A DNA stretch of 64,000 nt, taken from the NCBI GenBank assembly GCA_024408105.1, contig JAKSVG010000004.1, forward strand, positions 1,151 to 65,150, given 5' to 3'. Position 1 is the first letter of the stretch; each line of letters opens with the position of its first letter. Of the stretch, positions 9,251 to 18,300 are shown piece by piece. A program made the position numbers and the translations under genes. A model generated the notes under the pieces. The model worked only from the letters and a program-made list of their open reading frames with translations, searched no databases and had not been told where the DNA came from. This DNA is from Bacilli bacterium (GTDB taxonomy: Bacteria > Bacillota_I > Bacilli_A > RFN20 > CAG-826).

Positions 9251-9838
9251 CTACCATTTCATAATTGATAGTAAAACTATCTTTTTCTTTAGTTCAGCAG
9301 AAGGAATTCTTCTAGATTTATCAATTTCAAATCCTTTTTCTTTTAAATGTTCAATGCATTCATCGCCATACATCCAAAATTTAATCCCATAATTTTCAAA
9401 ATTTATATTCTCATTCTGATTAAACATATCATAGCTAAGATAATACATTTCATCCTTGTGAACTTTATATAATTCAGGAAGATAATTTAAATCAACATGT
9501 GAAAATCTTGCAAACCTATATAATGTGAACATTAATTCCATTGTATGATCATCGATTTCGTGTTCAGCAATTTCTTCAAGCATGTTTTTACCTTCAATAT
9601 ATTCTTGAAGAAGAGCAAAGCTCTTTTTATCTTTTTTTAAGATTTTAGGTGTGCGAACACCAATTTTTTCAATTTCTTTAGCAAGTTTTAATTCAACAAG
9701 AAAAGATCCTTGGTCAACAAATTGTTTTAAAACAAACTTTTTATTTTTAAAAGAAACGAGATAAGTCTTATGAAATTCTCCTTCATGCAATATTTCTAAC
9801 AATTCATATGTCTTTCTTTTAAATTTAATCGTTTCCAT
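9251..9838 (-). CDS. Hypothetical protein, possible small atypical kinase-like fold
   Basis: 195 aa. Weak by-eye resemblance to Bud32/RIO/Kdo-kinase-type mini kinases (KFVLKQF lysine, LLQEYIEG hinge, SHVDLNY catalytic-loop-like). No confident family assignment. Confidence 0.45.
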   Translation of the reverse strand: METIKFKRKTYELLEILHEGEFHKTYLVSFKNKKFVLKQFVDQGSFLVELKLAKEIEKIGVRTPKILKKDKKSFALLQEYIEGKNMLEEIAEHEIDDHTMELMFTLYRFARFSHVDLNYLPELYKVHKDEMYYLSYDMFNQNENINFENYGIKFWMYGDECIEHLKEKGFEIDKSRRIPSAELKKKIVLLSIMKW

Positions 9839-9845
9839 GTTTTTG

Positions 9846-9868
9846 ATTATAACATTTTTTGTTATAAT
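9846..9868. promoter_or_regulatory. Palindromic pair of extended -10 boxes serving two divergent genes
   Basis: ATTATAACA-TTTTT-TGTTATAAT. It reads TGTTATAAT on both strands. The hexamers end 8 nt before ATG 9877 (plus) and 7 nt before ATG 9838 (minus). Neither gene has an SD. Confidence 0.5.
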
Positions 9869-9876
9869 AGTGTTCT

Positions 9877-10887
9877 ATGAAAGTTTTATTATATTTTGAA
9901 AATGAAAAATCAATCCGAAAATCAGGAATCGGACGTGCTTTAAGACATCAAATTAGAGCGTGTGAAATGTCGGGTGTTGAATACACTTTGAATCCTAAGG
10001 ATTCATTTGATATTGCGCATATCAATACCTACATGTTTAATTCTTATAGGATATTAAGAAGATGCCAAAAGAAAGGAATTCCTGTAATTGTTCATGGTCA
10101 TAGCACAAAAGAAGACTTTAGAGATTCTTTTAGATGTTGGAAATTAATGTCTATTTTCTATTTTTGGAGATTAAAGAAAATGTATTCTCACGCAGATTAC
10201 ATTGTAACTCCTACTGAGTATTCAAAGGGTTTAATCGAAAATTATGGTTATAACAAGAAAGTATACGCAGTTAGTAATGGAATAGATTTAAAGGCATATG
10301 CACCACAGCCTGAAAATGCTGAAATTTTTAGAAAATACTTTAATTTATCGCCTGAACAAAAAGTCGTTATTGGACTTGGTTTACAGTTTAAACGTAAGGG
10401 AATTGCAGACTTTTTTGAAGTTGCTCGCAAAATGCCAGATGTTAAATTTATATGGTTTTCTCATCTTGCTCCAATACTACAATCACACTTTGTTAGAAAA
10501 GCGATAAAGCATCGCCCATCAAATGCAATAATGGCGGGGTACGTGGAAGACTATAAAGTTGTCCGTGGTGCATTCCAAAACGCAGACGCATTTTTCTTCC
10601 CATCATATGAAGAGAATGAAGGCATTGTGACATTAGAAGCATTGGCAACCAAGTGTCCTTGTGTAATTCGTGATATTGGTGTTTATAAAGATTGGTTACA
10701 CGACGGGGTTGATTGTTATAAAGGACATAATAACGAAGAATTCGAACAGATATTAAGGAAAGTATTAGAACATAAAGATCAAAAAATTATTGATGAAGGA
10801 TATAGAGTAGTATCCGAAAGATCAATTGATAAAGTTGGCACAAAAATAAAAGATGTTTATCAAGAAATTCTCAGCAATAAAAAATAG
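9877..10887 (+). CDS. Glycosyltransferase family 4 (possible membrane glycolipid synthase)
   Basis: 336 aa, GT-B/GT4 pattern with the E-x7-E motif (EENEGIVTLEALA). The N-terminus MKVLLYFENEKSIRKSGIGRALRHQ resembles glycosyl-diacylglycerol synthases. The specific substrate is not inferable. Confidence 0.75.
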   Translation: MKVLLYFENEKSIRKSGIGRALRHQIRACEMSGVEYTLNPKDSFDIAHINTYMFNSYRILRRCQKKGIPVIVHGHSTKEDFRDSFRCWKLMSIFYFWRLKKMYSHADYIVTPTEYSKGLIENYGYNKKVYAVSNGIDLKAYAPQPENAEIFRKYFNLSPEQKVVIGLGLQFKRKGIADFFEVARKMPDVKFIWFSHLAPILQSHFVRKAIKHRPSNAIMAGYVEDYKVVRGAFQNADAFFFPSYEENEGIVTLEALATKCPCVIRDIGVYKDWLHDGVDCYKGHNNEEFEQILRKVLEHKDQKIIDEGYRVVSERSIDKVGTKIKDVYQEILSNKK

Positions 10888-10891
10888 AGGA

Positions 10892-11233
10892 CTATTGTCC
10901 TCTACTTTTTATTTTATATTCGTTATATTTTTTTGCTGAGCCTTTAACTATGTCAGCAGGATATTTTTCTTCATTACGTTTTAGCTTTTCAAGCATTATT
11001 TCTTCAATGTTAAGATGATAGTGATCTGCCATTAATGTTGCATAAAGAAGAACATCAGCAAGTTCTTCCTTAACTTTTTCGAGAGATTTTTCTTTGTCTG
11101 TCCATTGAAAAACTTCTAATAGTTCACTTGCTTCAATGCAAATTGATTTCGCGAGATTCTCTCCAGTATGGAACTGAGCCCAATCTCTATCATCTCGGAA
11201 TTTAATTATTCTATCGTATAATTTTTTATCCAT
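10892..11233 (-). CDS. MazG-like nucleotide pyrophosphohydrolase (small, single-domain)
   Basis: DRDWAQFHTGENLAKSICIEASELLEVFQW ... ELADVLLY ... EKYP. I use ATG 11233-11231 (MDKKLYDRIIKF), which aligns with the N-terminus of the paralogue at 37523-37843. The track start at 11269 lies inside a hairpin. Confidence 0.75.
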   Translation of the reverse strand: MDKKLYDRIIKFRDDRDWAQFHTGENLAKSICIEASELLEVFQWTDKEKSLEKVKEELADVLLYATLMADHYHLNIEEIMLEKLKRNEEKYPADIVKGSAKKYNEYKIKSRGQ

Positions 11234-11246
11234 ATATTTAATTAAA

Positions 11247-11267
11247 GAGCACTTCTTAGAAGTGCCC
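11247..11267 (-). terminator. Weak hairpin after gpmA (partial terminator candidate)
   Basis: Minus strand GGGCACTTC-TAA-GAAGTGCTC followed only by TTTAATT. The short U tract suggests at most a leaky terminator. Confidence 0.3.
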
Positions 11268-11274
11268 ATTATTT

Positions 11275-12021
11275 TTATTTTGCCTTTCCTTGGTTAGCAA
11301 CTGCTTCCATTTGTTTTTTGAGTTCTTCTTCATCCATTAAATAGTAATGTTTAATGGCTTTCATATTATCGTCAAACTCGTACACTAGTGGAACGCCAGT
11401 TGGAATATTAACTCCAACAATTTCTTCTGAAGGCATATTATCAAAATATTTTACTAAGGCTCTTAATGAATTGCCGTGAGCAACTATAAGAACACGTTTT
11501 CCTTCTTCCATCTGAGGTTTAATAACCTTTTCGAAATATGGAACAGCACGTGCTACAGTCATTTCAAGTGATTCGTTTAAAGGAAGATCTTTTGGATCAA
11601 CTTCCCTGAATTGATCCTGAAGAGCAGGATTACGAGGATCATCTTTTTCTAACGCTGGAGGTGGGCAATCATATGAACGTCTCCAGATTTTAACTTGTTC
11701 TTCTCCATATTTGGCTGCAGTTTCAGCTTTATTTAAGCCTTGAAGAGCGCCATAGTGTCTTTCGTTTAATCTCCATGATTTATAAACTGGAAGCCATTCT
11801 CTATCAAGCTCAAATAAGACATTATTCATTGTGTGAATTGCTCTTTTTAGCAAAGATGTATGAACGATATCAAAATCATATCCTTTTTCTTTTAATGTTT
11901 TTCCGGCGCGGTGAGCTTCACTAACGCCTTTTTCGCTTAATTCAACGTCTGTCCATCCGGTGAATAAATTTAATTTATTCCATTCAGATTCGCCGTGTCT
12001 AATGAGTACTAATTTATGCAT
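11275..12021 (-). CDS. gpmA: 2,3-bisphosphoglycerate-dependent phosphoglycerate mutase
   Basis: 248 aa, [10 protein letters not shown] catalytic motif, full-length dPGM. SD AAAGGAGAAAAACA. Confidence 0.95.
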   Translation of the reverse strand: MHKLVLIRHGESEWNKLNLFTGWTDVELSEKGVSEAHRAGKTLKEKGYDFDIVHTSLLKRAIHTMNNVLFELDREWLPVYKSWRLNERHYGALQGLNKAETAAKYGEEQVKIWRRSYDCPPPALEKDDPRNPALQDQFREVDPKDLPLNESLEMTVARAVPYFEKVIKPQMEEGKRVLIVAHGNSLRALVKYFDNMPSEEIVGVNIPTGVPLVYEFDDNMKAIKHYYLMDEEELKKQMEAVANQGKAK

Positions 12022-12037
12022 TGTTTTTCTCCTTTAA

Positions 12038-13363
12038 TTAGTCTGCTAAGGAACCCATTGGGTCCCATGGTTTTAATTCTATAGGTTTATCTTCATAGGC
12101 AGCAAGTTCCTCTTTGGTTAAATACTTTTTATTAATAACAGCTTGATATGTATATTGATCAAACCAAGATGCTGACATAATGTAATAACCTTTTTGGCCA
12201 TTTGCTGTGCCCCATGAATTTTCAATTTTCCATTTAGTTGGTTTACCATCACGAATGGCAACTCCTGTTATGCACATAGCGTGGTTCATTGCAGATGAGC
12301 GGAAATCCAAAGATTCTCCTTTATCCATTTTAATATCAAGTTCCAATAATGACTTAAAATCAAATAAGCCGTCATCCCAAACTCCATTTACTCTATCTCC
12401 ATAACTTGCGACATCACTACCGAACCAAACGATATGATTATCTTTAAGTTGTGAAAGAATTAATTCTTTCAGTCTTTCCATAGGCAAATTAAGGTGTTTA
12501 ACTTGTTTGCCACCAACAACATTTCCTAAGTATTTAACAGTGTATGATTTGCCAAATGGTTTATCTTTTGTTGGAGCATTGATAATACTTACATATTCGT
12601 CAAGCTTATTACCAACATATTTCTCAAAAAATGATTCAGGAGTATATCCTTTCTCGACATGACAAACGTTCTTAGAATCTGTATATTCAAAGTCAAACTT
12701 TTCTGGTGGCAAACCATAAACTGAAACAAGAGCGCGATAATATCTATCCATTAATTGATTCTTTAATTGATAAACTGCGTCCATGCCGCCTTTTGCAAAA
12801 ACTTTTCTTGAATCAGATGCAAATCTCCTAATTTCTGCATTTACTAATGAATTAATGTAACGTGTTGCGCTTGAAGTATATGTTTCAGGGAATGCATTTT
12901 TTGGGCATACACCATATTTCTTAACAACGCTGACGAACATATCCCATTGTCCACCATCACCAATTCCTGCAAGCATAAATTGAAGAGTGCGGTCATCATA
13001 GTCCTTATCGATCATTTCAATTAACGCTTCGAGAGTATAGTTAAGCTTTTCAAGCTTATCATAAAAAGCAATATAACTTTGTGATAATTCAAAGAATTTA
13101 ATATTCTTTTCTTTGCCAATCATCTCTCTTAAAACATTTGTGGCCGCAAAAATCCAGCATCTTCCAGAAGCTTTTTGATTTGTTGCGTCCATAGTTTCAA
13201 TGTTTATGTCAAAGTTAAAATCCATTTCCTTAACATTATCTTTATTTAAAGCAACATTAGGAATTTCAGAATTTGCCAAAGCATGTCTGGCTACATCAAA
13301 TACTTTTTCATTTTTATAATCTTTAAGCAATTTGCTTAAGTGTTCTTTACTTATTGACTCCAT
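12038..13363 (-). CDS. pepC: Aminopeptidase C (bleomycin-hydrolase-type cysteine peptidase, family C1B)
   Basis: 441 aa with QKASGRCWIFA (catalytic Cys), NHAMCITG (His) and ENSWG. Confidence 0.9.
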   Translation of the reverse strand: MESISKEHLSKLLKDYKNEKVFDVARHALANSEIPNVALNKDNVKEMDFNFDINIETMDATNQKASGRCWIFAATNVLREMIGKEKNIKFFELSQSYIAFYDKLEKLNYTLEALIEMIDKDYDDRTLQFMLAGIGDGGQWDMFVSVVKKYGVCPKNAFPETYTSSATRYINSLVNAEIRRFASDSRKVFAKGGMDAVYQLKNQLMDRYYRALVSVYGLPPEKFDFEYTDSKNVCHVEKGYTPESFFEKYVGNKLDEYVSIINAPTKDKPFGKSYTVKYLGNVVGGKQVKHLNLPMERLKELILSQLKDNHIVWFGSDVASYGDRVNGVWDDGLFDFKSLLELDIKMDKGESLDFRSSAMNHAMCITGVAIRDGKPTKWKIENSWGTANGQKGYYIMSASWFDQYTYQAVINKKYLTKEELAAYEDKPIELKPWDPMGSLAD

Positions 13364-13430
13364 AGTATTTCTCCTTCTGTGATATTTTAATTAATTTACT
13401 TTGTAATTTCCATAAATACTATAAAAAGAT

Positions 13431-13436
13431 TATAAT
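13431..13436 (+). promoter_or_regulatory. -10 box (TATAAT) 7 nt upstream of the add ATG; no SD (leaderless candidate)
   Basis: ...AAAAAGATTATAATAGAACATATG at 13424-13446. Confidence 0.4.
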
Positions 13437-13443
13437 AGAACAT

Positions 13444-14445
13444 ATGAATTACGAAAAATACGCTATTGTAGATTTACATCTACACCTCGATGGCTCATTA
13501 TCGCCAGAAATTATTATAGAAATTGCAAAGGAAGAAAACATTGAACTTCCAACCTATAATCCAATTGAATTAAGAAGTTATTTAGAAGTTCCAAAAAATT
13601 GTGATTCACTTGTTGAATATTTAAAACGATTTGATATCCCAAATTATGTTTTACAAACCAAAAATGGTTTAAGAAAATGTATGCTTGACTTGCTTAAAAG
13701 GTTATCTAAACAAGGCATAAAATATGCTGAAATTAGAATGGCACCTCAATTATCAACTGCAAAAGGTTTAACTCAAGATGAAGTTGTCAAGACATTAATC
13801 GATGCTTCGTTAGAAGCAAAGAAATTGTTTGGTATAAAGTCAAATTTAATTGTTTGCATGATGAGATTTGAAAATAACAACAAAGAAAACATGGAAACAG
13901 TTAAAGTTGCTAGAAAATATTTAAACAAAGGGGTTTGCCTTTTAGATATTGCTGGGGCAGAAGCTTTATATCCTGTAAGTAAATATGCAGAATTATTTAT
14001 GTTTGCAAACGAACTTGGAGTTCCATTTACAATACATTCAGGGGAAGACACAGATTACCATTCAGTTGTTGAATCATTAAAATTTGGGCCAGTTCGAATC
14101 GGCCACGGCGTTCACTCTTACCAAAGTGAAGAATTAATGAAGTATCTTGCAGAAAAAAAGATTCCGTTAGAAATATGTCCAAAATCTAACATGGATACAA
14201 AAGCAATTAAATCATTTAAAGAATTGCCTGTGGAATTGTTCCTTAGAAAAGGTATTTTGGTAACAATAAATACAGACGATATGACAGTTAGCAATACAAA
14301 TCTTAAAAATGAATATCGTATTTTAGCAGAAGAAATTGGATTAAATGAAGAAAAATTGCTGCAAATCGCAATTAATTCGATAAATGCAGCTCGATTATCA
14401 AATGAAGAAAAAAGAGAGTTAATTGACTCCCTTAATCAAAGATAA
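13444..14445 (+). CDS. add: Adenosine deaminase
   Basis: 333 aa with DLHLHLDGS, FTIHSGE and TINTDD metal/catalytic motifs. Confidence 0.9.
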   Translation: MNYEKYAIVDLHLHLDGSLSPEIIIEIAKEENIELPTYNPIELRSYLEVPKNCDSLVEYLKRFDIPNYVLQTKNGLRKCMLDLLKRLSKQGIKYAEIRMAPQLSTAKGLTQDEVVKTLIDASLEAKKLFGIKSNLIVCMMRFENNNKENMETVKVARKYLNKGVCLLDIAGAEALYPVSKYAELFMFANELGVPFTIHSGEDTDYHSVVESLKFGPVRIGHGVHSYQSEELMKYLAEKKIPLEICPKSNMDTKAIKSFKELPVELFLRKGILVTINTDDMTVSNTNLKNEYRILAEEIGLNEEKLLQIAINSINAARLSNEEKRELIDSLNQR

Positions 14446-15310
14446 ATTCGCTTATAGCTTTAATTGTTTCATCTGGCTGCTCAACATAACCACCATGATG
14501 AGACTTATCAAGAATTACCCAGCGCGAGTTGGGTATTTTTTGTTTCATTATTTCATTCATCTTAGGTGAACTTTCATCAAATGCACCAGAGATAATTAAA
14601 GTTGGAATATTAATTAAATGTAATTTATCAGTTACATCATAATCTTTTAATGTGCCTGTACCAAATAGTTCTGATGGTCCCCACATATAGTTGTAGATTT
14701 CTTTGTTTGTTTTAGGAAACCTTTTTCTTTTATTTATATATTTACGTTCACTTTTCTTTCCAACATGAACATAATAGAAATATTTAACTGCTTTTTTATG
14801 AATTGATTTATCATACTCTTTTCCAAAATATTCATTTTCAATAGCAACTTTAAATTGTTCAGGAAACGATTTAATCATTTCAAGATGTTCTTCATTCCAA
14901 ATTTTTGTAGACGGAAGTGTTGAAAATAAAATCAATTTATCAATAAAATTGCATTTTCTAGTAGTTAAATAATGAAGTATTAACATTCCTCCCCAAGAAT
15001 GACCTAAAATATGAACCTTATTTAAATGAAAATACTTAACAACATTCTCAAGTTCATCTTCAAAGGTCTTAAAGTTCATTAATTCATAATGGCCTTTTTC
15101 TATCTTTGAATAGCCAGATCCTAATTGGTCATAAAAAATTAAAGGAATTCCTTTGTCCATTAACAAAGTTAATGCTTCATAACGTTCTACACATCCTCCT
15201 GGACCACCATGAAGAACGATAATGGGAGTATTTTTAAAAATATCGCCATAAACAATGCAATGTGTTTTGTATCCTAAAAATGGAATATTAAAAACTTTTC
15301 CTTTAATCAT
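14432..15310 (-). CDS. pip: Proline iminopeptidase (S33 alpha/beta hydrolase, PepI-like)
   Basis: 292 aa with HGGPGG and GHSWGG nucleophile elbow; no signal peptide. The start overlaps the S8 protease stop by 8 nt. Confidence 0.8.
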   Translation of the reverse strand: MIKGKVFNIPFLGYKTHCIVYGDIFKNTPIIVLHGGPGGCVERYEALTLLMDKGIPLIFYDQLGSGYSKIEKGHYELMNFKTFEDELENVVKYFHLNKVHILGHSWGGMLILHYLTTRKCNFIDKLILFSTLPSTKIWNEEHLEMIKSFPEQFKVAIENEYFGKEYDKSIHKKAVKYFYYVHVGKKSERKYINKRKRFPKTNKEIYNYMWGPSELFGTGTLKDYDVTDKLHLINIPTLIISGAFDESSPKMNEIMKQKIPNSRWVILDKSHHGGYVEQPDETIKAISEFIFD

Positions 15311-18300
15311 TTTCTTTATGTCGTTTCTTTATAACAACATAGCCTAATAATAATGAAACTGGAACAAATGCAGTAACAATAATTAAAGCTAAAATATTAC
15401 TATCATCTATTTTTATCAAATTATTGTTAATCAGTGAGTGATTAATATCTCTAGACATAAAATTCGAATATGTTGATGTTCCGTATTTTGCAATTACATA
15501 ATCATATTTATTAACTGCTTCCAAAATTTTAGTATCTGATATAGTTGATGAGGTGAAATATGACTTAGCATTATTATCAAGTAAACCATATGATGTTGCT
15601 AAAGTATTCCATTCACTAACCAAAGGTGATGTCTTGCCAGTTGAATCACAATGTAGATCGCTTATGAATGTATCAGACCAATCTTGTGCTGCTTTTAGCG
15701 GACTATAATAATTAACCGTAATTGAATAAATTTCTAATCTAGCAGAACTAGATTGACCCATATTAGCAATAACGTACGACTCATTATCAACCGGCGAAAT
15801 AACTGCTTCTCCACTCTTAGAAATAGAAATTGAAGCACCTAAATTGCTTGTAGATGTTCCGTGTGCATATGATGTTGCATATGTACCGGTGACAGAAAAT
15901 GAAATAGATTTAATTAAACAGTTATTTTTGGCAGAAATCGTGACAAATCCCCCATATTTTCCACTTGATCCCTGGTATAGTCTAATTCCATTATTGTATA
16001 TTTGAGGATTGGTTGTGCCATTTCCTTTACTACTAGAATAAGATATATTCGAATCTAAATCGCCACTTATTAAAGAGAATGAGGTTTTACTAATCGTCAT
16101 ATTGCCTTTAGCCATCTCACCTTGAGAAACACTTATAGATAAAGAAGTGGATTTTTCCATATATGTGATAGACACGCTTGTGTGAGATGTAGATAATTTT
16201 GTTGATAAAGAAGGATTAAAACTAAAATTAGATGTTTCATCAGCATAATTAACATCACTAGAGGATCCATCAGACATATGTTTAGTTATAACTAAACCGG
16301 TTGGATTAAAATATTCTCCAACCTCATATTCTAACTTAGAAGGATTTATTTTAACTGTAATAGAATCAAGAACAACCGGCTTTGGAGAAACACTTATTGA
16401 ATATGTGGCATTTTTTGTTACTCCATTTTCAGTATAAGAGACATTAACGGTTTGAGGTCCAATTTCAGATAAGTTGTATCCTGAAAATGTTGCTAAAGAC
16501 GAAACATCTTTTGTTCCACCTCCAATATAGTTAGCGGTAACTGTTGGTTTAACAAATGAGTCACCAGCTGTATACTCTGTTTTTTGATTAGAAACGGATA
16601 TAGAATCTAACACCTTTGGTGTTTGAGACCCATATCTATATAGTTGAGGTAAAAGCATCGTATTTGATACATTTGACGTATATGTTGTAATCTTTGGACT
16701 TCCATTATTTGTGTTGTAAATAATTCTTCCGTTAGTCGAAGTTGCGTTTTGGATAGTTGCATAACCATCGCCATCAAATGAAATATTCCAATCTGTAATT
16801 CCACTACTAAATGAAACGGATTTAACTGTGCCTGATCCTAATAAATTAGAACCATTAGCTAATGTATAGTAATCTCCGTTGATTCCTAAAGTAAATTCGA
16901 TTGTGTTAGTTCCTACACTTGTAATAGTTTCTCCGTCAGATGAAAATGTCGAAGTAATTGCAGTTAAACTAGAAGAAGAAAGCGGGCCAATTGTTTTTCC
17001 CTCAGAACTTCTAGCAATAATATATTTATCGCCCGGAATTAAATCGCTTGTGTCTTTAACCCAATACCACTTTCTATCATCACTTACTTTTACAGCACAT
17101 GTATCTTCATGTTCCATATCTTCGCTTAAAACAGTGATTGTTGTTTCACCTTTAGAAATCGCAACTACATGGCCATCATCACTAACAGTTGCTATGTCTT
17201 CATCATTAGAAATAAATATATATTCTTTTTCAGTCGCGTTATCTGGCAAAATTGTTGCAGTTAAATCATCGCTTTCTCCGACTTTCAAAGAAAGTTCGTG
17301 CTTATTTAATGTTATTGAAGAAACAGGAACATATGATCCTACAGTAACACTACATGTATCTGTATATTCACCATCAACTGATGTTGCAGTAATTATAGCT
17401 GTACCAGCTTTAATTCCTTTTATTTTTCCGTGACAATCAACAGTTAAAATAGATGAATCACTAGTTGACCAATAACATGATTGTCTTGAAGCGTTGCTTG
17501 GGGAAAATGTCGGAATAAGAGTTTTTTCTCCTCCAACACTGATGGATTCGGTCAAGGGAAGTTCGATTCCAGTTGTGGCCACCCAGTCTTCTGCCTGACC
17601 ATCATTTAAGAAATTAGCCACATTGATTTTTCCTGCGCCACTTCCAGTGAAAGATAAACTATCACAAGTCGCCAATAATTTTGCTTCTATTTGTGCCGGC
17701 GTTGCAGAAGGATATTTTGATTTATATAAAGCTATTGCCCCAGTAACTAAAGGAGCGCTAAAACTTGTCCCATAATAAAGACGATATGCTTTGTCGCTAG
17801 TAGAAGGAACAACAACATATCCTGGAGCAACTAAATCAACATAGGAACCTGTATTTGAATACCCGGCTTTTGCATTAGCATCATTTAAACCTGTCGAGCC
17901 TACACCGATAACGTGATCATTAGCGGCAGGATAACAAGTTGTAGTTGTGTTGTAGTTCCCTACAGCAGCGACAACTGTGATTCCTGTATTGTAAGCTTCA
18001 TCAATAAGATTTTGTAAAGTAGATTTGCTTAATGATGAAGCACTCATTGTGCCACTATAAGTTTGTCCATTTAAATCTTCAACATAAGAATAATTAAACG
18101 AGGAAGTATATCCTTGCAAAGACATATTAATAATATCAACATGATCATCTATTGCTCTTCTAAGAGCATTTTGCAAAGCGGAATTAGGAAAACCTCCGGC
18201 AGAATTAACAGCCTTATAAATATGTAATTCAACATTAGGTGAAATGCCTAAACCACCGACACCGTTGATGGCAGCAGCAATACATGCAGCACTATCAGTA

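Noticed and set aside
11234-11269. Longer N-terminus for the first MazG-like protein (MGTSKKCSLIKY...)
   Set aside because: The extension is encoded by the hairpin that follows gpmA. The shorter form aligns residue-for-residue with the paralogue's N-terminus.
13364-13443. Purine riboswitch upstream of add, and T-box/THF elements in other short spacers
   Set aside because: The spacer is only 80 nt, AT-rich and unstructured, and the -10 box abuts the ATG. No aptamer-like helices were found in this or other spacers except the preQ1 element.
13444-14445. Adenosine deaminase (and dCMP deaminase at 61921-62415, MazG-like genes) as parts of anti-phage nucleotide-manipulating defence systems (RADAR-like, dCTP-deaminase-like)
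   Set aside because: Their sizes and motifs match ordinary housekeeping enzymes. There is no associated ATPase, kinase, nuclease or sensor gene, and the neighbours are metabolic.
14432-14445. 14-nt overlap of the convergent add and pip 3' ends as a regulatory antisense feature
   Set aside because: Short convergent overlaps are common in compact genomes, and I saw no hairpin or conserved element there. It is worth noting only that no terminator separates the two genes.
16879-17433. 184-aa plus-strand ORF inside the S8 protease gene (similar cases: 19828-20430, 20602-20913, 22072-22254 inside the C11 gene)
   Set aside because: These are antisense shadow ORFs of long, motif-supported minus-strand genes. 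Their sequences are low-complexity Ser/Val/Thr-rich, mirroring the Ig-repeat codons. They have no SD and no recognisable domains.
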